Below, piece after piece: positions 36,924-45,967 of a DNA stretch of 64,000 nt. The stretch covers positions 1 to 64,000 of the IMG/VR virus record IMGVR_UViG_3300046457_000118; one strand, 5' to 3'. A program made the translations under genes and the position numbers. Under the pieces are notes generated by a model. It was not told where the DNA came from. It saw only the letters and a program-made list of their open reading frames with translations, and did not search any database. Source of the stretch: a virus. Within the stretch, counting starts at the first letter, position 1. Every line of letters starts with the position of its first letter.

Positions 36924-37576
36924 GCCGCATCCCGTTCCAGCGTGTTCAGGGCTGTGTTGGTGGCGTACACACGTTCACTGTAGCCAACGGCATCACCGAT
37001 CTTGTCGGTCATTTTGCCAAGGTTGATGATGTCGGCTACCTTGTCCATCTTGCCCAGTTCAGCCTGTACCAGTGCTCCGGACGTAGCGAAGAACCATCCA
37101 GCCGAACGCATGGCACCTTCAGGAGAACGCAGCCAATCACCGATCTTGGCAGGCTGGATACCGAAGTAGTCAGCCGCCAGGAGTTGGTTCTTCTTGCCGG
37201 TGATCTGGAAGCCACCCGAACCACGATAACGCCAGCCATCGCCGGACTCCGGTGTGCCGTTACCCATGCGACCGGCGTACACGAAGTTCGCCAGTGCTTC
37301 CGGGTTACGGACGTAAGGCAGCGTCATGTCACGTGTCCTGAAACGACTGGGCCAGACTGCCATCAGGCGTTCCGGCGTCGTGTACATCAGGTTCTCGGCC
37401 ATGCGGGATAGGGAGTTGGTTTCCACCGACATCTCGGCCAAGAAATGGGCCACAGCACGGGTGGAACCGATCTTGAATTCGTCCAGTGCCTTGTTGATAT
37501 GGGGGAGGTATTGATTGATCACTGCCGGGCCAGCACCCGACATGATCTTGCCAAGTTGGAGTGCTGAGACTTGCAT
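36920..37576 (-). CDS. Endolysin, GH19 (chitinase/lysozyme-like)
   Basis: HFLAE...E...ENL.Y, ALANFVY..RMGN, GDGWRYRG.G..QITGK.N; ATG overlaps holin TGA. Confidence 0.88.
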   Translation of the reverse strand: MQVSALQLGKIMSGAGPAVINQYLPHINKALDEFKIGSTRAVAHFLAEMSVETNSLSRMAENLMYTTPERLMAVWPSRFRTRDMTLPYVRNPEALANFVYAGRMGNGTPESGDGWRYRGSGGFQITGKKNQLLAADYFGIQPAKIGDWLRSPEGAMRSAGWFFATSGALVQAELGKMDKVADIINLGKMTDKIGDAVGYSERVYATNTALNTLERDAA

Positions 37577-37962
37577 CACATGGCTTCCTTGATGTCTTTG
37601 GCGATCTCGGAGATGTCCTTGTTCTGGTTCTTCTGGATGTAGTTGAAGACCCAGCGTACCAAGGCCCATCCCGGCAAGCCAGCCGCAAAGATGATGCCGA
37701 TGACTGTCATGTTGCCAGTCGCCGTGCCCATCATGGATTGCAGTTGGTAGTGCTCGATGATGAAGGAACCACCGCAGACAGAGGCGATGACCGTGGAGAT
37801 AAGGCCTACAGCCCACTCCCTTGGACTACGTGGTGTCAACATGCACATGACAACGAGGGCGGATAGGCCAGCACCGATGCCTGCCAAGCCTCCAAGTGCC
37901 TTGAAGCCAAAGACACCTGCTGCGGTGCCGGAAATAGGTTCACTCATTGCTTGATCTTTCAT
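37576..37962 (-). CDS. Holin (3 predicted TM) with dual Met start (37962 and 37947)
   Basis: Hydrophobic segments, PRSPREW, GLPGWALVR, charged C-terminus; first gene of lysis cassette. Confidence 0.78.
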   Translation of the reverse strand: MKDQAMSEPISGTAAGVFGFKALGGLAGIGAGLSALVVMCMLTPRSPREWAVGLISTVIASVCGGSFIIEHYQLQSMMGTATGNMTVIGIIFAAGLPGWALVRWVFNYIQKNQNKDISEIAKDIKEAM

Positions 37963-37984
37963 GGTGGGTCGCCAGTGGTTGTGG

Positions 37985-38110
37985 ATGGTGGGTACACCCG
38001 GTGAAGCACTTCACGAGATAGTCCCGTTTCATGCTCCACCGATCCCTTCTGGCGAAAGGAGGACCAGCCATTGCAGCCGGTCATTTGGTGTATCTGCCGT
38101 GGTGGGCAGA
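37985..38110 (-). ncRNA. Four-way-junction structured RNA in lysis-cassette leader
   Basis: Closing helix TACACC/GGTGTA and three arms, with G-U pairs only on the minus strand. Confidence 0.55.
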
Positions 38111-38225
38111 GGGACAAGTGAACTAAAGCACATACAAATGCCTTCCGAGTGGTGTAGAAGGCATTTTACCCTGCCTGAGAGCAATAATTAACTCTCAGAA
38201 TCATTTTGTTCAGGATTTTTGCACA

Positions 38226-38252
38226 TAAAAAAGGAGCCCGAAGGCTCCTTTT
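38226..38252. terminator. Terminator after tail-fibre gene (bidirectional shape)
   Basis: AAAAAAGGAGCC-CGAA-GGCTCCTTTT. Confidence 0.85.
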
Positions 38253-38269
38253 GTCAGGCTGCTAATGGA

Positions 38270-41200
38270 TCAATGTGGTACTTGGTCCAAGTCGGTACGT
38301 ACCGATGGCGTAGCCGTCGATCCGGTAGCCGGGAAGGCTACCAAGGTCGGGTCCACATCGACCGTCTGCGGCTGCGGTTGCTGGGCATCCGGGAAGATCG
38401 TGTTGCCTGCCATCGAGTCGGTCGTGCCCTTCTTGGGAGTGATACCACGCACAGTCTGATCCCAGCCTTCCGGACCAATCGTGCCACCCCGCGTGTAGTA
38501 CAACTCGAATGGCGTGACCATCACACACTTGGCCGAGCCGATGAATACGCAGTCCACGAACTTCACGACAGCAGTGCCACCACCTGCCTGAATGACCCAC
38601 GTTTCGCTGAAGTTACCTCCTTGGCTGTTGTCGAGCACACAGTTACGGAAGATGTACTCCTGTTCGGCCTGGAGGTTACCCTCCTGTCCGATACCGATCA
38701 TGTTGCCCTGCGTTGTACCAGGCTTCTTGCGAATGATGGTATTCACCACATGGATGACACCACCGTTCGGCACATCGAGTTCACGAGAATTCATGGCACC
38801 TTCAAGATGGCAGCGATCCAGCAACACGAAGTTGGCACGGGTCTTGAAGTCGTGGCCTTCTACCGCATTGATGTACTGGTTACGCAGGCCATGGTAGCGA
38901 GCACCGTGATTCAGGTAGATGTTGTGGGTCTGTCCCTTCTCGGCAGTCTGGTAGGCGATGCCATTACCATCGAACACGCAGTCGATGTGCTCGATGTTGA
39001 ACTGACCTACCGGAGCCGTATCGGCAGGCTGGACCACACCGCACAACTGGCCATTGTTGCAGTTCGTGGTTTTTACACGCTGCATGACCAGCTTCTGGAC
39101 ACCACCGTTGTAACGCACACCCGAGATGGTTTCGTCCACATCATTGACGGCACCATCAAACCACAGGTCACGGATAGTGACATTGCCAGCTTCAATGTTG
39201 AGCAGACCCTTGCCCCATGCCGCACGAATCGTCTTGTCCATGTGCAGCTTGGGGATGGAACCCAGTTCAGGGGCACCAGCAATCGTGTAGGTACCGGGCT
39301 TTGTCAAGGCTGCGATAACCTCACCCATCTGACCGTCACGAGTCACGTACAGCGTCTGGCCATCTTGCAAAGCCGTGTAACCAGCGGCCATGGTTTCGTA
39401 GGTAGCCAAGCCAATCCGCACCAGTCCGGACACGGTATAGGTACCGACATCTGCATGGCAGAAGAAGAATCCAATTGAACTGTAGACGCCATCCATGTAG
39501 GAGATCATGTTGGGCGACGTGCTGAACACAGGTGCCGCATTGTTCTGGAAGCGGTACTTCTTGTCCAACGTGATCGTACGACCACCCGAGATATCCTGCT
39601 GAAACAGGAAGCTGTAAGTGGTACCGGGCACAGGATTCTTGACCGGTGGCAGCGTCAGATTCGCATCCAGCTTGACAAGGAACAGATTGCCCAACGTACC
39701 GTCGATACGGTCAAGCTGTGCCTGCGTCGTGTTCTGGATGATGACCTCACCCATGACACCACTACCACCCGATCCACCACCACCACCCGAGGAAGCCAAG
39801 GTATCCAGTGCGGTCGCCACGGTACCTGTACGGTGACCCACCAAGGTGGAGCCGTTCGGTCCTGCCAGTGCATCGAACTTGGCATCGATCGCTGCCTTTG
39901 CTGCCAGCACCTGTCCTTTGGCTTCAAGGATTTGCGCCAGAATGGCTTGATCGACTGGTACCGTCGTGGAGATAGAATCCACCACGATGTCCTGCAAGCG
40001 CACCACCGTAGGCTGGTCCACATCCGGCACATAGAACAGGTACACCAAGCCAGCTTCAGATACCGGGTCTTCCATGATCGCGTAGTACGGCGTATCGCAA
40101 GAGACCAGTTCCAGAATCTGCTTGCCATTGGCATCCGTCATACCTTCGATCAGGCGCGGCATCATCACACCATCAACCTGATTCGTGAAGTCCGCTGCCT
40201 TGAGTTGCACCTCGAATCGGCTGTTGGCGATAGGGATATTCTCAGGCGTAATGAAGTGGAACTCTACCAGCGTACCTTCACCTGTCGTCGGCTGTGGATC
40301 AGGCAGAGGATTGGTAACCACCTGCGCTGCCACACTGAAGGTAATGGTGGCCGATTTGGTCGGGTCCGCTACACTGGTAGCGGTGATCGATCCTTGCTGT
40401 ACTGCCGAAGTGGCCACGGGTGCAGTCAGGACACCACCGGCCGTGATGTTGCCCAGCGTGGTAACCCAGGTGACTGCCTGACTTGGGTTATTCGTGCCCT
40501 GTACGAAAGCCGTCAGGTTATATTGGGCACCGCCCTGCAATACCGAACTAAACGATGCCAGTGTGACACCGGTAACGGTTGGCTGTTGCGGCTCAGGATC
40601 AGGAATCACCACCACGAGGGCAGCAATCGTCACCGTGGCCGTACCGAACTTGGTCGAGTCGATCAGGCTTGCAGCCTTGATGGTTACCGTCTGAATCACA
40701 TCAGTCGGTGCCGGTGGCGTGAACACGCCTGCACTGGTGATGGTCCCTGCCGTCGTAGTCCAGCGTACTCCTTGGCTTGGGTTGTTGTCACCATTCACCA
40801 CCGCAGCGAACGTGGCAGCGCCTGTCGCCGTGGAAGGGCTGACCGTCACACCCGTGATGGTAGCAATCGGTACCGGGTCGGTCACTGGCGACTGAGGATA
40901 GCCCGTGATACCGAGGATGGTCACGGCACTGGCACCGGCCTGTGGCAGACTGGTACCGTCTGCATTGGTGAAGGTCAGGATACCCGCGTCATAGTTGCCC
41001 GGTCCCAGATAGACCGAGGCCGTGAACGTATTGGGCGTGACGAGCTTGTTGATCGTCAAGTCCAGACTCTGGGCAATGGCGCCGTTCGGATTGGCGGTTA
41101 GTGCCGGGATGACCAGCGTACCGGAATCTGCATTGGCACAGGTACCGTGCAACGTATAGACCTGACCGCTGATCGGGTCTTGCACCACACTCAGGGCACG

Positions 41201-42478
41201 ACCACCCACGATCTCGCAGCCACCGACATCATTGATGGTTTGCGTGTTGTAGGCAGCGTTGGCGACGAATCCAGCTACCGTGTATTTGCCCACTTTGCAG
41301 CCAGTCAAGACGGCAGAGAAAATACCGCTACCGAAGGTGGCCGGGACATCGATTTGCGACACGGCGTTGTTGCCTATCACCCCGGCAGCAGCAAGGAGAG
41401 ATACCCGTGCACTGTCGATCAAGCCAGTGTAGGTACCTTCCACCGTGACCTGATTACCTGCCACCGTGATCTTGGTAATTTTGCCGGTAGGTGCTGCCAG
41501 AGCCTGCGGATATTCCCAGGCACCGATATCGGCACTGGTGCCCATCTGGCGATTACCGCTGATGGTGGACAGGTTGGTATTACCCGGTGCAGCACCAGTA
41601 TCGATCAGCGGCGAACCCGCCTTCAGGCGCAGGTCATAGGTCGGATCGACGAACACGTCAGTCACCAGAAGATTTTTCAGGTGACCGGTACCGTTCGTGG
41701 TGAACGACCCATCCGAAGCACAGTGGTCATACGTGCCGTACTGCGGGAACATGGTGAGGTCTGCACCGAACACGGCACAGTTGCGCATCACCTTGCTGGC
41801 GTAATAGCTGCCATAGCCCGAGTAGAAGCCAAAACCACCTCGTGCCAGACCGGGCAGGCGGTGGATGGTGTTGTTCTCGCACAGTGCCGGAGAGTTGTCC
41901 GACCACAGACGCACACCATGGCTGTTGGCCGACTTGAGCACGATCTGATTGTTGCGGAAGGTACCGGTAGCAACCTGATTGGCGAACGAGGTAATGACAG
42001 TCGGATCGGTACGCGCATCCGTGCCTGAGTACTCGATCAGGTTGTTCTGGACAGTCGCGTTTGCATTGCCCACACCAAAGGCACCACAGACACCCGTGCC
42101 ACCGCAGTCGATTTGCAGACCTTCGATAGTAAGGTATGCATTGACGGCATTGAACATCACGACACCGTTCAAGGTGCCCCGGAATGCCACACCATTGGCC
42201 GGGTTGTAGCGCAGCGCATTGGTGAGGGAGTTCGGATTGTTGGCATAGCCCTGACCCGCAGCCGGACGAATGGTGATTGTATGGCTTGCATCCGTGATCT
42301 TGTTGGGCAAGGAGATTTGCGAGTTCTGGATGAACTCGGAATCGTTGTACAACTCGATGACATAAGACACATCGGCCGTCACCAGATTGGCAGGAATTGC
42401 CGCCCATGCCGCAGCGATGGTGGCGTAGTCCCGGCCAGATGTGGCGCTACCTACCTTGAGAGTAACGAGAGTAGTCAT
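38270..42478 (-). CDS. Multi-domain tail fibre/tailspike (two beta-helix-like domains, Ig-like repeats)
   Basis: Start MTTLVTL at 42478 after AAAGGA. Pectin-lyase-like N-domain ending DLRLKAGSPLIDTG..DIGAWEY; two Big2-like repeats; fibre-anchor-like domain; C-terminal HNIY..GHDFKTRA beta-helix. Confidence 0.7.
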   Translation of the reverse strand: MTTLVTLKVGSATSGRDYATIAAAWAAIPANLVTADVSYVIELYNDSEFIQNSQISLPNKITDASHTITIRPAAGQGYANNPNSLTNALRYNPANGVAFRGTLNGVVMFNAVNAYLTIEGLQIDCGGTGVCGAFGVGNANATVQNNLIEYSGTDARTDPTVITSFANQVATGTFRNNQIVLKSANSHGVRLWSDNSPALCENNTIHRLPGLARGGFGFYSGYGSYYASKVMRNCAVFGADLTMFPQYGTYDHCASDGSFTTNGTGHLKNLLVTDVFVDPTYDLRLKAGSPLIDTGAAPGNTNLSTISGNRQMGTSADIGAWEYPQALAAPTGKITKITVAGNQVTVEGTYTGLIDSARVSLLAAAGVIGNNAVSQIDVPATFGSGIFSAVLTGCKVGKYTVAGFVANAAYNTQTINDVGGCEIVGGRALSVVQDPISGQVYTLHGTCANADSGTLVIPALTANPNGAIAQSLDLTINKLVTPNTFTASVYLGPGNYDAGILTFTNADGTSLPQAGASAVTILGITGYPQSPVTDPVPIATITGVTVSPSTATGAATFAAVVNGDNNPSQGVRWTTTAGTITSAGVFTPPAPTDVIQTVTIKAASLIDSTKFGTATVTIAALVVVIPDPEPQQPTVTGVTLASFSSVLQGGAQYNLTAFVQGTNNPSQAVTWVTTLGNITAGGVLTAPVATSAVQQGSITATSVADPTKSATITFSVAAQVVTNPLPDPQPTTGEGTLVEFHFITPENIPIANSRFEVQLKAADFTNQVDGVMMPRLIEGMTDANGKQILELVSCDTPYYAIMEDPVSEAGLVYLFYVPDVDQPTVVRLQDIVVDSISTTVPVDQAILAQILEAKGQVLAAKAAIDAKFDALAGPNGSTLVGHRTGTVATALDTLASSGGGGGSGGSGVMGEVIIQNTTQAQLDRIDGTLGNLFLVKLDANLTLPPVKNPVPGTTYSFLFQQDISGGRTITLDKKYRFQNNAAPVFSTSPNMISYMDGVYSSIGFFFCHADVGTYTVSGLVRIGLATYETMAAGYTALQDGQTLYVTRDGQMGEVIAALTKPGTYTIAGAPELGSIPKLHMDKTIRAAWGKGLLNIEAGNVTIRDLWFDGAVNDVDETISGVRYNGGVQKLVMQRVKTTNCNNGQLCGVVQPADTAPVGQFNIEHIDCVFDGNGIAYQTAEKGQTHNIYLNHGARYHGLRNQYINAVEGHDFKTRANFVLLDRCHLEGAMNSRELDVPNGGVIHVVNTIIRKKPGTTQGNMIGIGQEGNLQAEQEYIFRNCVLDNSQGGNFSETWVIQAGGGTAVVKFVDCVFIGSAKCVMVTPFELYYTRGGTIGPEGWDQTVRGITPKKGTTDSMAGNTIFPDAQQPQPQTVDVDPTLVAFPATGSTATPSVRTDLDQVPH

Positions 42479-42489
42479 AAGTTTTTCCT

Positions 42490-45288
42490 TTATTTCGGGC
42501 CGAGTTCGGTAGGTGGCAGCAGCGGACCATGCCCCGGATGCAGGTAAGCCATCTGGTAAGCCAGACCGGCATTGCGCTTGACCAGATAGTCGTCGTAGTA
42601 GCCCTGCATCTTGTCGATGGCCGCTTGCAGACGAGTCTGTGGATAGTCCGGGAAGTAGTCCCGACGCGCCTTCAGGTACTGCATGTACAAGTGAGGGCAC
42701 CCGAAGTGTTCCTCTGCACGACCGTCATAGGCAATGAAGAAGCTCTTGAAACGGAAGGGCGTACCCATGTCCTTGGTCTGTTGACGGGTCAGGGATGGAT
42801 CAGCCGGAGGCATGTAGGTATCTAGCATCACCTTCTGTGCTGCCCAGTCAGCAGGAACATCGGCAGGCGTGTACTGACCTGCCGTCTTGCCCGTGATTGC
42901 AGCCGGGTAGTAGCAGTCACGCATGTCCGTGTCCATGACGTAATCGATGACAAACTTGTCCAGATTACGGATCATCATGTCCAGAGCATCACGGCACTTG
43001 TAGGAGCGTGCACGCATGGCAGCGAACAAGCCGAACTGACGCATGAGCACCAGCGTATGCACGACGTAGAGACCCAGTGAACCACCAGCCGACTGGTAGT
43101 TGTTCCCCGATGCCGTAATCAGCGTACCAAGGTTGCGGATCGCAACTGAGTTAAACGACTGATCGTTATCGACGAAAGCTGGCTTGTAGATCATGTCGTA
43201 CATCAGTTCGAGTTCGATCTGCATACGCGATTCGATCTCTTCCTTCGAGAATCCGAGCCTGTGTTCGGTGGCCAGTTTCCAAGCCACGACATAAGCCAGC
43301 AAACGCCATGCGTGAATACGCTGGTTGTAATAGCCGATTGGACTGGCCGTAGGCGCTGCCTCACCAAGCGACGACAGCCATTGCGTCTCAAAATCATGAC
43401 GCGCAGCGATGGCATGCATGGGGCTGTTGGCCATGATCGCCCACAGACCGGCATTACAGTAGCTGTGCAGTGCATCCCGGTTCCAACCCGAGTAGTACAT
43501 GAAGCCTTCCGGATCGTTGTGGATCTTCCAGCGAGCCTTGCCGTTGACCATACCGCAGGTGTCGATGGTGATTTGCGGACCACCGGGTTGGCCGAGCGGT
43601 GCATAGGCATACTCATTACCATAATAGGAACTGACGAAGAATGCCTTGCCCTGCAAGATGTCTGCCTTCGGCAGGGAATCGAAGGTCTTCACATCACGAA
43701 TCCAGTGATTCGAGTGATTGAAGTAGGCCATTGCCCATTCTTCAGCCATGTCTCGAATCGGTACCAGGCCTTCAGGACGCTGCCAGTTCGGATTGGAAGC
43801 CAAGATAGTCAGTACCGTAGGCGATGTGGCACGGTCAAAACGTACACCACCCATACCCGTGATCCAGTCATGACCACTGACCGAGCCAGCCCGATACTTG
43901 TAGCCCATCGCGCGATACCACGGATAGTGGTCACGATTCGTGAACATGGTCGGATCACGCGGACGTGCCTCATAGGCCGTCAGATAGGTGTCGTCCAGTG
44001 CCTGATCATTCTTCAGCGGATAAGGAGGAAGGACAAACCAGTGAGCCTGACTGTCAAGCTGGGTGTCACTGCTATTCGTCATCGGGAAGAAGGCATTGGC
44101 ACTGCCACCCGCCTTGGCACCGAATACAGGATGGTCATAGGCATACGACTCCACACCGGGCATCCATTTACCTATCTTGGACGACAGACGGGTCCGCATG
44201 TTCTGCCACGGCAGCATCTGCGCACAGTTAAAGCGTGGCATGGCCGGTTCGGTCAGCGTCTGCACTTCGGACAGAAGTGGCGAGTTGATCGCTACCGTTG
44301 GCTTGTCGTTGAATGCCTTCCACTCGTGGGTGAAGACGACGGTGCCATCAGCCAGTTCCAGAGTGACCTTGAACGGTGGCAGCACAGTACGGTCAGCCAC
44401 ATCGGCATTGGAACAGTCACCGTAGGTGTAAGGCCACGTAGCTGCACTGATCAGAGGGTACTGGGCACGGATGAAGGTATCCATGTAAGGATATGTGGCC
44501 CAGCGTTGATAGGGCGCGAAGGACAGCAGCATCTGCTCCAGCGGCATCACCCCATTCTCGGTGTTGTAGTTCGATGCAATCATCAGCAAACCACCCAACT
44601 CGAAGCGGCGTGGTGCGATGGGGCTGGTCCACTTGATCGTATCGTCAAGCTCGTAGATCGCCACGTCACCCGTCTCGGATGCCATACCGGCGTTCTGGTA
44701 CACCCAGTCATCTTGGCGATTGGCTTCGAGGAATCGAGCGGTGCCTACCAATACAGGGCTGGACTCATTGGCACAGTCCCACAGCTTGACAACAGTGGGC
44801 GTGACGGAGCGGATCGGAGGCGCCACTGGACCGGTACCGGAAGGCATCAGGCGAGGCGCCTTGGCACCGGCACCCGATACGAATGCGAACCCGACATTGG
44901 GCGCACCGGTAGGATTGGAAGGCAACAGGTAGTCTTTACCCGAGCCGATCAGGCCAAGCGATGCCTGAAACCATTCGCCATTACCTTCCATACGCAGGGC
45001 TGCGGTACCCGTGGACAGGTCTTTGGCGAGGTTGACGAGGAAGCCACTGAGCAAGCCCAGGCTGGTGATATTGCCCGAAGTGACTGCGAAATCACCGGAC
45101 GAACCGATGTTGAGGAATTCCGTGCCCGATACGACAGGATCGGCACCACCGGCTGGATCATGGTAGCAACGAAGACGACGGGTGTTGCCAAGAATGGTCT
45201 TGAGCTTGGTAGCCCAGTCCAGCTTGGTGGGCGTGAGGGCAAGTTGACCGCCCAGACCCGTACTGAATTTGAATGTTGAAGTTGTCAT
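42490..45288 (-). CDS. Large hypothetical tail-associated protein (932 aa), possibly enzymatic
   Basis: RBS AGGAAG, within tail module, rich in W/Y/H, no family recognised. Confidence 0.55.
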   Translation of the reverse strand: MTTSTFKFSTGLGGQLALTPTKLDWATKLKTILGNTRRLRCYHDPAGGADPVVSGTEFLNIGSSGDFAVTSGNITSLGLLSGFLVNLAKDLSTGTAALRMEGNGEWFQASLGLIGSGKDYLLPSNPTGAPNVGFAFVSGAGAKAPRLMPSGTGPVAPPIRSVTPTVVKLWDCANESSPVLVGTARFLEANRQDDWVYQNAGMASETGDVAIYELDDTIKWTSPIAPRRFELGGLLMIASNYNTENGVMPLEQMLLSFAPYQRWATYPYMDTFIRAQYPLISAATWPYTYGDCSNADVADRTVLPPFKVTLELADGTVVFTHEWKAFNDKPTVAINSPLLSEVQTLTEPAMPRFNCAQMLPWQNMRTRLSSKIGKWMPGVESYAYDHPVFGAKAGGSANAFFPMTNSSDTQLDSQAHWFVLPPYPLKNDQALDDTYLTAYEARPRDPTMFTNRDHYPWYRAMGYKYRAGSVSGHDWITGMGGVRFDRATSPTVLTILASNPNWQRPEGLVPIRDMAEEWAMAYFNHSNHWIRDVKTFDSLPKADILQGKAFFVSSYYGNEYAYAPLGQPGGPQITIDTCGMVNGKARWKIHNDPEGFMYYSGWNRDALHSYCNAGLWAIMANSPMHAIAARHDFETQWLSSLGEAAPTASPIGYYNQRIHAWRLLAYVVAWKLATEHRLGFSKEEIESRMQIELELMYDMIYKPAFVDNDQSFNSVAIRNLGTLITASGNNYQSAGGSLGLYVVHTLVLMRQFGLFAAMRARSYKCRDALDMMIRNLDKFVIDYVMDTDMRDCYYPAAITGKTAGQYTPADVPADWAAQKVMLDTYMPPADPSLTRQQTKDMGTPFRFKSFFIAYDGRAEEHFGCPHLYMQYLKARRDYFPDYPQTRLQAAIDKMQGYYDDYLVKRNAGLAYQMAYLHPGHGPLLPPTELGPK

Positions 45289-45382
45289 GCACTGGCTTCC
45301 TGTGGAGAGAAGTGATGTTGCGGGGAACCATGAGGTAGGCGGACACTATTGTGCCATGGAATATATTTCCGTAACACAAGAA

Positions 45383-45967
45383 CTACCACTGAATCGAGTC
45401 CAAGTCCTGTGCACTCTGGGTTGCATAGATCATCTGACGCAACTGAGCCGCTTTCGAGAAGGCTTGGGCCACCTGATTAGCCTTGGCTACTTCGATGGCC
45501 ACGAAGTCTTCCGCGTTCAAGGTCACCACTGTGTTGTTGGCCAAGATGAACTGGGCTTGGAAGGTCGAGCCTGTTGCGAGGGCAGACTTGCTGATCGAGA
45601 TGTAGGTAGACAGCCGACGTTGGGCATTCAGATCCCCATCGAACACCATGCCGTTGTATTCGAACACACCGAACTCCACAGCAGAGCGGGCCGACTTGAT
45701 CTGGGTCCACTTCAGGTCTTGAAGTTGGGCCAAGGTACGCGGGTCCACCCAAGTCTTCAGCGTATAGTCAAAGACGAACTGGGGTCCGGGTTGTGCTGGT
45801 ATCTCCACCAATGTACCAGTAACCACATCGACATAGTGTTGATGGTCTCTGGATTCGACAGGAAGAACGTATTCACCCTCTTGTGCCTGCATGGTGAGCA
45901 CTTCATCCTGACACACACCTGAACGAAGGATACGTCCTTCAGAGTCATATACGGTAAAAGGTGTCAT
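45383..45967 (-). CDS. Tail fibre assembly-type protein (DUF4376-like C-terminus)
   Basis: P.P....FDY..K.WVDPR, KW..IK..R...EFG.F, LANNTVVTL. Confidence 0.7.
   Translation of the reverse strand: MTPFTVYDSEGRILRSGVCQDEVLTMQAQEGEYVLPVESRDHQHYVDVVTGTLVEIPAQPGPQFVFDYTLKTWVDPRTLAQLQDLKWTQIKSARSAVEFGVFEYNGMVFDGDLNAQRRLSTYISISKSALATGSTFQAQFILANNTVVTLNAEDFVAIEVAKANQVAQAFSKAAQLRQMIYATQSAQDLDSIQW

Noticed and set aside
37985-38095. tRNA gene
   Set aside because: Cloverleaf-like, but no GTTC T-loop, no D-loop GG and wrong arm lengths
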